DNA of 37,882 bases from Candidatus Omnitrophota bacterium (GTDB taxonomy: Bacteria > Ratteibacteria > UBA8468 > B48-G9 > JAFGKM01). This document shows, in pieces, positions 33,901-37,882 of the stretch (position 1 is the first letter of the stretch; every line of letters starts with the position of its first letter). Below the pieces are notes generated by a model that worked only from the letters and a program-made list of their open reading frames with translations, did not search any database and was not told where the DNA came from. The position numbers and the translations under genes are program-made. Location: the NCBI GenBank assembly GCA_023818745.1, contig JAMWBY010000002.1, positions 1 to 37,882 on the forward strand, in the 5' to 3' direction.

Positions 33901-34715
33901 TTCTTGAATTTGATAATGTTTTAAACGAACAGAGAAATATTATTTATTCATTAAGACAGGATATACTTGAAAACAGAAATTTAGAAGAGTATCTTAAAGA
34001 ATATGTAGAGGAAATTATTGATAGTGCTTTTGATGAATTTCTTGATGAGAAAACCAAGCCATATATGTGGAACATAGAAGGACTTACTAAATATTTCAAA
34101 ACAAAGTTTAATATAAATTTAGAGATTGATTTTTCTGAAAATATTAAAGATTTCTTTTTATGGAAGGAGTCCTTAAGAGAAAGAATAAAGTCATTTATTT
34201 TTTCCATTTTAGAAGAAAAGGAAAAACAACTCGGAGAATTTTTTAAAGAGTTGCAAAGATTCATATTTTTACAGAGTATAGATAACAGATGGAAAGCACA
34301 TTTAAGAGCGATGGATGAACTAAAAGAAGGAATAAGTTTAAGGGCATATGCTCAAAAAGACCCTTTAATTTCTTATAAACATGAATCTTTTCAGTATTTC
34401 AATGAAATGCTAAAATCTATCAAGGAAGAAATTGTTGGAAATTTAATTAAAGTTCAACTGACAGAAAAGGTTGCTCTTCGTGTTAGAGAGGTAGAAAAGG
34501 TATATTTGCATCCAGAATATGAACAATTTAAAGCAGCAAAAGAAAACCAGACAGAGCCGATTTTATCCAATATGCCAACACAACATCTAACATCTACATT
34601 AGAAGGAGGGAAAAAAGAGCAGATACCTCTTCAAAAACAGAAAATAGGAAGGAATCAACCATGTCCTTGTGGAAGTGGGAAAAAATATAAACATTGTTGT
34701 GGGAAAAATGTTTAA
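30930..34715 (+). CDS. secA: Preprotein translocase ATPase SecA, unusually long (1261 aa) because of a large NBD2 insertion
   Basis: Walker A ([12 protein letters not shown]), DEAD-like ([21 protein letters not shown]), PPXD region, [48 protein letters not shown]/HWD region, and C-terminal Zn-finger tail ([19 protein letters not shown]). Confidence 0.97.
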   Translation: [1261 protein letters not shown]

Positions 34716-34740
34716 AAAACTTGTTAAAAAGGTGTAAAAA

Positions 34741-36054
34741 ATGGAAAAAGAATTTTATCAAATGTGGGAAAATGTTCTTAAAAATATAGAAACCAGTTTA
34801 AACAATCCTAGAAGTTTTGAACTTTGTATAAAACCAATTAAACTTATTGATATAAATGACAATATAGTTAAAATAGAAATACCAAATCCATCTTTTGAAA
34901 GGTCTTTTTTCCCTTTTGTAAAAATTTTAAAAGAAGAATTTCAAAAGGTATTTGGGTTTTTGCCCGAAATTGAAATAACATATGCATCTGCTAATTATGA
35001 TGAAAATAAAGAAAATTCTTTATTTGAACTATCTTTAAATCCTGAATATACTTTTGAAAATTTTGTTGTTGGTCCATGTAATCGTCTTGCCCATGCTGCT
35101 TCTGTTGCTGTTTCTCAAACACCAGGGGTTGCCTATAATCCTCTTTTTCTTTATGGAGGAGTTGGTCTTGGTAAAACCCATCTTATGCAAGCAATAGGAC
35201 ATTATGTAAGAGAGAAAAGCAAAAGTAAAATATTCTATATTCCTGCCGAGTATTTTGTTAATGAGTTTATTTCTGCCATAAAAAACAAAACAACACATAT
35301 TTTTAGAAACAAATTTAGAAATCTTGATTATCTTTTAATAGACGACATTCATTTTATTGCAGGAAAAGAAGGCACACAGGAAGAATTCTTTCATACTTTT
35401 AACTTTCTTTATAACAATAGAAAACAAATAGTTCTTTCAAGTGATAAACCTCCAAAAGAAATAAAATTTCTTGAAAAAAGATTGGTTTCAAGATTTGAAT
35501 GGGGGCTTGTTGTGGATTTACAAGTTCCTGATTTAGAAACAAGAGTTGCTATTGTAAAAAAGAAATGTGAATTAAGAAAAATATTTTTAAATGATGAACT
35601 TGTATTTTATCTCGCAGAAAAAGTTAAAGATAATATTAGATTAATAGAAGGTGTTTTAAATAGTTTAGTTGCAAATTATACACTTCTTAATAGGTCTATT
35701 GATAAATCATTAATTGATGAAAATATTGAAAAATTATATAATTTAAAAAAAGAAGAAAAGAAGTTTATAAATTTAAAGAAAATAGTTGATGTAGTATGTG
35801 AATATTTTGGTTTAACACCAGAAGAAATTAAAAGTGATAAAAGAGTAAGAAATATTATTTTACCCAGACAGATAGGTATGTATTTGGGAAGAGAAATGAC
35901 ACAAAGTTCTTTAAATTCAATTGCATTAGAATTTATGGTAAAAGATCATACAACTGTTTTGCATGCATATAAAAAAATAAAACAACTTATTGAAAAAGAT
36001 AGAAATTTAAAAAATATTATTGATTTTTTGAAAGAAAAATTAAATGAACAATAA
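34741..36054 (+). CDS. dnaA: Chromosomal replication initiator protein DnaA
   Basis: 437 aa. FENFVVGPCNRLAHAA, Walker A (GGVGLGKTHLMQA), Walker B (LLIDDIHF), and the domain IV DNA-binding helix region (RQIGMYLGREMT..SL..IALEF..DHTTVLHAYKKI). Confidence 0.97.
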   Translation: MEKEFYQMWENVLKNIETSLNNPRSFELCIKPIKLIDINDNIVKIEIPNPSFERSFFPFVKILKEEFQKVFGFLPEIEITYASANYDENKENSLFELSLNPEYTFENFVVGPCNRLAHAASVAVSQTPGVAYNPLFLYGGVGLGKTHLMQAIGHYVREKSKSKIFYIPAEYFVNEFISAIKNKTTHIFRNKFRNLDYLLIDDIHFIAGKEGTQEEFFHTFNFLYNNRKQIVLSSDKPPKEIKFLEKRLVSRFEWGLVVDLQVPDLETRVAIVKKKCELRKIFLNDELVFYLAEKVKDNIRLIEGVLNSLVANYTLLNRSIDKSLIDENIEKLYNLKKEEKKFINLKKIVDVVCEYFGLTPEEIKSDKRVRNIILPRQIGMYLGREMTQSSLNSIALEFMVKDHTTVLHAYKKIKQLIEKDRNLKNIIDFLKEKLNEQ

Positions 36055-36063
36055 ATTCACAAT

Positions 36064-36113
36064 TTTTACACACTTTAAGTATTTGATAAATATAAATTTA
36101 AAAGTTTTACACA
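36064..36113 (+). promoter_or_regulatory. Two direct DnaA-box matches (TTTTACACA) in the dnaA-dnaN spacer
   Basis: TTTTACACA occurs at 36064-36072 and at 36105-36113. Each fits the relaxed DnaA-box consensus TTWTNCACA at 9 of 9 positions. The pair flanks a very AT-rich stretch (GATAAATATAAATTTAAAAG). Confidence 0.5.
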
Positions 36114-36150
36114 TGCTTTATTTTAAATATTGTTAAAAAAAGGAGAAAAG

Positions 36151-37290
36151 ATGAAAGTAAATATTAATAGTGATGTTTTTAATATAGGGTTAAATTATAT
36201 TGCTGATGTTTTACCTTCAAAACCATCAATGGCAATTTGTGGAGGAATTTTTATAGAAGGAAAAGACAATACATTAACTTTAATAACAACAGACCTTGAA
36301 AATACAGTTAAGATTTCAATTGAATGTGAAGTAAAAGAAAAAGGACAAGTAGTTATTCCTGGAAAACAATTTATCTCTCTTTTAAAACAATTTAAAGAAG
36401 AAACAATTGAAATAGAAAGTAAAGAAAAATTTGTAAATCTTACTGGGAAAAATTTACAATATTCTTTTGTTGAAATGGAAACTGAGGATTTTCCTAAATT
36501 CCCGAAATTTTCTTCAGATTTAACTTTTAAAATAAAAGGAGAAATATTAAAAGATGGATTAAAAAAAATTATTTTCTGTATAGACCCTGAAGAACCAAGA
36601 CATCAATTTAAAGGAGGATTACTTGATATAAAAGAAAAATATATAAATTTTGTAGGAACAGATACAAGAAGACTTTCTCTTTTCAATATTTTATTTCAAG
36701 AAGAATTTAAAAAACAAATGAAAGTGTTGCTGCCACATAGTTTAATCAAAAAGTTAATAAATATATTAAATGACCAGGATGTTGAAATTTCTATTGGCAA
36801 AACAAATATTTCTTTTCAAACATCTTTTTCTAAAGAGATAGATAAGAATAAAAAAATTACCGGGACTATACTTTTAATTTCTCAACTAATAAGTGGAGCA
36901 GAAGAATTTCCTGATTATGAAAAAGTAATTCCAGATATAAAAAAATCCAAAATATCTAAAATAAACACATCTGATTTTCTCACTTCTTTAAAAAGAATCT
37001 CTCTTTTTACCTCTGAAAGAAATAATAAAGTTAAATTGAATTTTAAAAAAGGAGTTCTTGTTATTTCTGCTGCTGGTGATATAGGAGAAGCACAGGAAAA
37101 AATAAGCATTGACTATAAAGATGAAGATATTGATATCGCTTTCCCTCCAAGTTTTTTAATTGACTTTTTAGAAGTAATAGATAAAGAAGAAATTATTTTT
37201 GCCTTTACTTCTTCTTCTAAACCAGTTTTAATGAAAAAAACAGAAGGAGATGACTTTTTATATATTTGTATGCCTTTAAAGGTAGAATAA
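36151..37290 (+). CDS. dnaN: DNA polymerase III beta sliding clamp
   Basis: Three-domain clamp pattern (..LTLITTDLENTVK.., ..FVGTDTRRLS.., ..MPLK at the C-terminus). The ATG at 36151 follows an AAAGGAGAAAAG RBS. The track start at 36130 is a TTG and is less likely. Confidence 0.93.
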   Translation: MKVNINSDVFNIGLNYIADVLPSKPSMAICGGIFIEGKDNTLTLITTDLENTVKISIECEVKEKGQVVIPGKQFISLLKQFKEETIEIESKEKFVNLTGKNLQYSFVEMETEDFPKFPKFSSDLTFKIKGEILKDGLKKIIFCIDPEEPRHQFKGGLLDIKEKYINFVGTDTRRLSLFNILFQEEFKKQMKVLLPHSLIKKLINILNDQDVEISIGKTNISFQTSFSKEIDKNKKITGTILLISQLISGAEEFPDYEKVIPDIKKSKISKINTSDFLTSLKRISLFTSERNNKVKLNFKKGVLVISAAGDIGEAQEKISIDYKDEDIDIAFPPSFLIDFLEVIDKEEIIFAFTSSSKPVLMKKTEGDDFLYICMPLKVE

Positions 37291-37291
37291 A

Positions 37292-37576
37292 ATGGCAGAA
37301 ATTGAAAAAATAGATAAAATCTTAAAAAATGTTTTAAATGGTGTAAAAAATGAACCAGATAAAAACAGAAATATAGATATTTCTGTTATATGGACGAGAT
37401 TGTTAGATGAAAATTTAAGAGGAAAATGTTATGTCTTATTTGAAAAAGAAAAAAATCTATATGTGAAAGTAGAAAGTAGTTGTCTTTTGTCTGTTTTAAG
37501 AATACAAAAGAAAAATATAATTAACAAATTGAAAGAAATTGGTTTTTATTACAACGATATAAAGTTTTTAATTTAA
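37292..37576 (+). CDS. DUF721-family protein (DciA-like candidate)
   Basis: 94 aa, directly after dnaN with a 1-nt gap. VIWTRLLDENLRGKCYVLFEKEKNLYVKVESSCLLSVLRIQKKNIINKLKE fits the DUF721 pattern (..W..ivG..l...t.p..l.dg.L.V.v.ss.w..eL.....i...L). Confidence 0.6.
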   Translation: MAEIEKIDKILKNVLNGVKNEPDKNRNIDISVIWTRLLDENLRGKCYVLFEKEKNLYVKVESSCLLSVLRIQKKNIINKLKEIGFYYNDIKFLI

Positions 37577-37590
37577 AAAAAGGAGAAAAT

Positions 37591-37882
37591 ATGTTTAAAG
37601 GCGCGATAGTAGCAATCGTAACACCTATAAAAAACTATAAAATTGATTATGAAAGTTATAAAAAACTGATAGATTTTCAGATAAAAAATAAAACAAATGG
37701 GATTTTAACTGCTGGCTGTACAGGAGAACCAGCAACTTTAAATTATGATGAGCACAAGGAATTAATAAAATTTACTGTTGAATATGTTGATAAAAAAGTT
37801 CCTGTTATTGCAGGAACAGGGTCAAACAATACAAAAGAAGCGATAGAATTGACTGAATTTGCAGAAAAAGTAGGTGCAGATG
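37591..37882 (+). CDS. dapA: 4-hydroxy-tetrahydrodipicolinate synthase (N-terminal part; continues beyond the window)
   Basis: Hand translation gives MFKGAIVAIVTPIKNYKIDYESYKKLIDFQIKNKTNGILTAGCTGEPATLNYDEHKELIKFTVEYVDKKVPVIAGTGSNNTKEAIELTEFAEKVGAD. GTTGE-type and AGTGSN motifs are present. AGGAG RBS at 37581. Confidence 0.93.
   Translation, partial: MFKGAIVAIVTPIKNYKIDYESYKKLIDFQIKNKTNGILTAGCTGEPATLNYDEHKELIKFTVEYVDKKVPVIAGTGSNNTKEAIELTEFAEKVGAD

Noticed and set aside
1-37882. Search for CRISPR arrays, long tandem or inverted repeats, IS elements, toxin-antitoxin pairs and known defence genes.
   Set aside because: Visual inspection found no regularly spaced direct repeats and no transposase, Cas, restriction or abortive-infection-like products. 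The repetitiveness seen is confined to K/E-rich coding low complexity (SecA insert, linkers in the LysM and barrel proteins) and short homopolymers. A computational repeat scan was not possible.

Overview
Strongly AT-rich (about 30% G+C by eye, not computed), very gene-dense chromosomal segment from a diderm bacterium whose proteins are rich in Lys, Glu, Ile and Asn. Many neighbouring genes overlap or are only a few nt apart.

Gene content is mostly housekeeping, in this order:
- YibQ-like deacetylase, CtpA, GatB, an aldose-epimerase-like protein, a LysM-NlpC/P60 hydrolase and CysE.
- A TPP-dependent 2-oxoacid/acetoin-type dehydrogenase set (E1alpha, E1beta, E2), preceded by a Zn-ADH and an MtlD-like dehydrogenase.
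- tRNA-Ala, SurE and the rpmH-rnpA-yidD-yidC block.
- GNAT, a Xer recombinase, a small membrane protein and HisB.
- A roughly 1 kb stretch of decayed genes.
- A csp / TPR / beta-barrel string.
- A PHP / YHS / DEDDh-exonuclease-WYL trio.
- tRNA-Glu, NadE, a split membrane-anchored gene, a nitroreductase, a lipoprotein and GlnA.
- An orphan ExbB/TolQ, HU, a tandem-HKD PLD/Nuc-like protein, a cupin and tRNA-Phe.
- secA-dnaA-dnaN-DUF721(DciA-like)-dapA.

I saw no CRISPR array, transposase, prophage or classical defence-island genes.

Most notable observations:
1. SecA is 1261 aa, with about 320 extra K/E-rich, internally repeated residues at the variable site of NBD2.
2. A tight, overlapping operon encodes a PHP metallohydrolase, an untracked 53-aa YHS/TRASH protein, and a DnaQ-like exonuclease fused to a WYL sensor domain.
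3. The origin-region architecture is non-canonical. dnaA sits 25 nt behind secA, two perfect relaxed-consensus DnaA boxes lie in the dnaA-dnaN spacer, and the rpmH block is displaced by 20 kb.
4. A T10/A10 homopolymer splits one roughly 540-aa gene into two overlapping ORFs.
5. A two-pseudogene decay patch sits in an otherwise compact genome.

All functional calls come from reading motifs in the supplied or hand-made translations. No database search was run.
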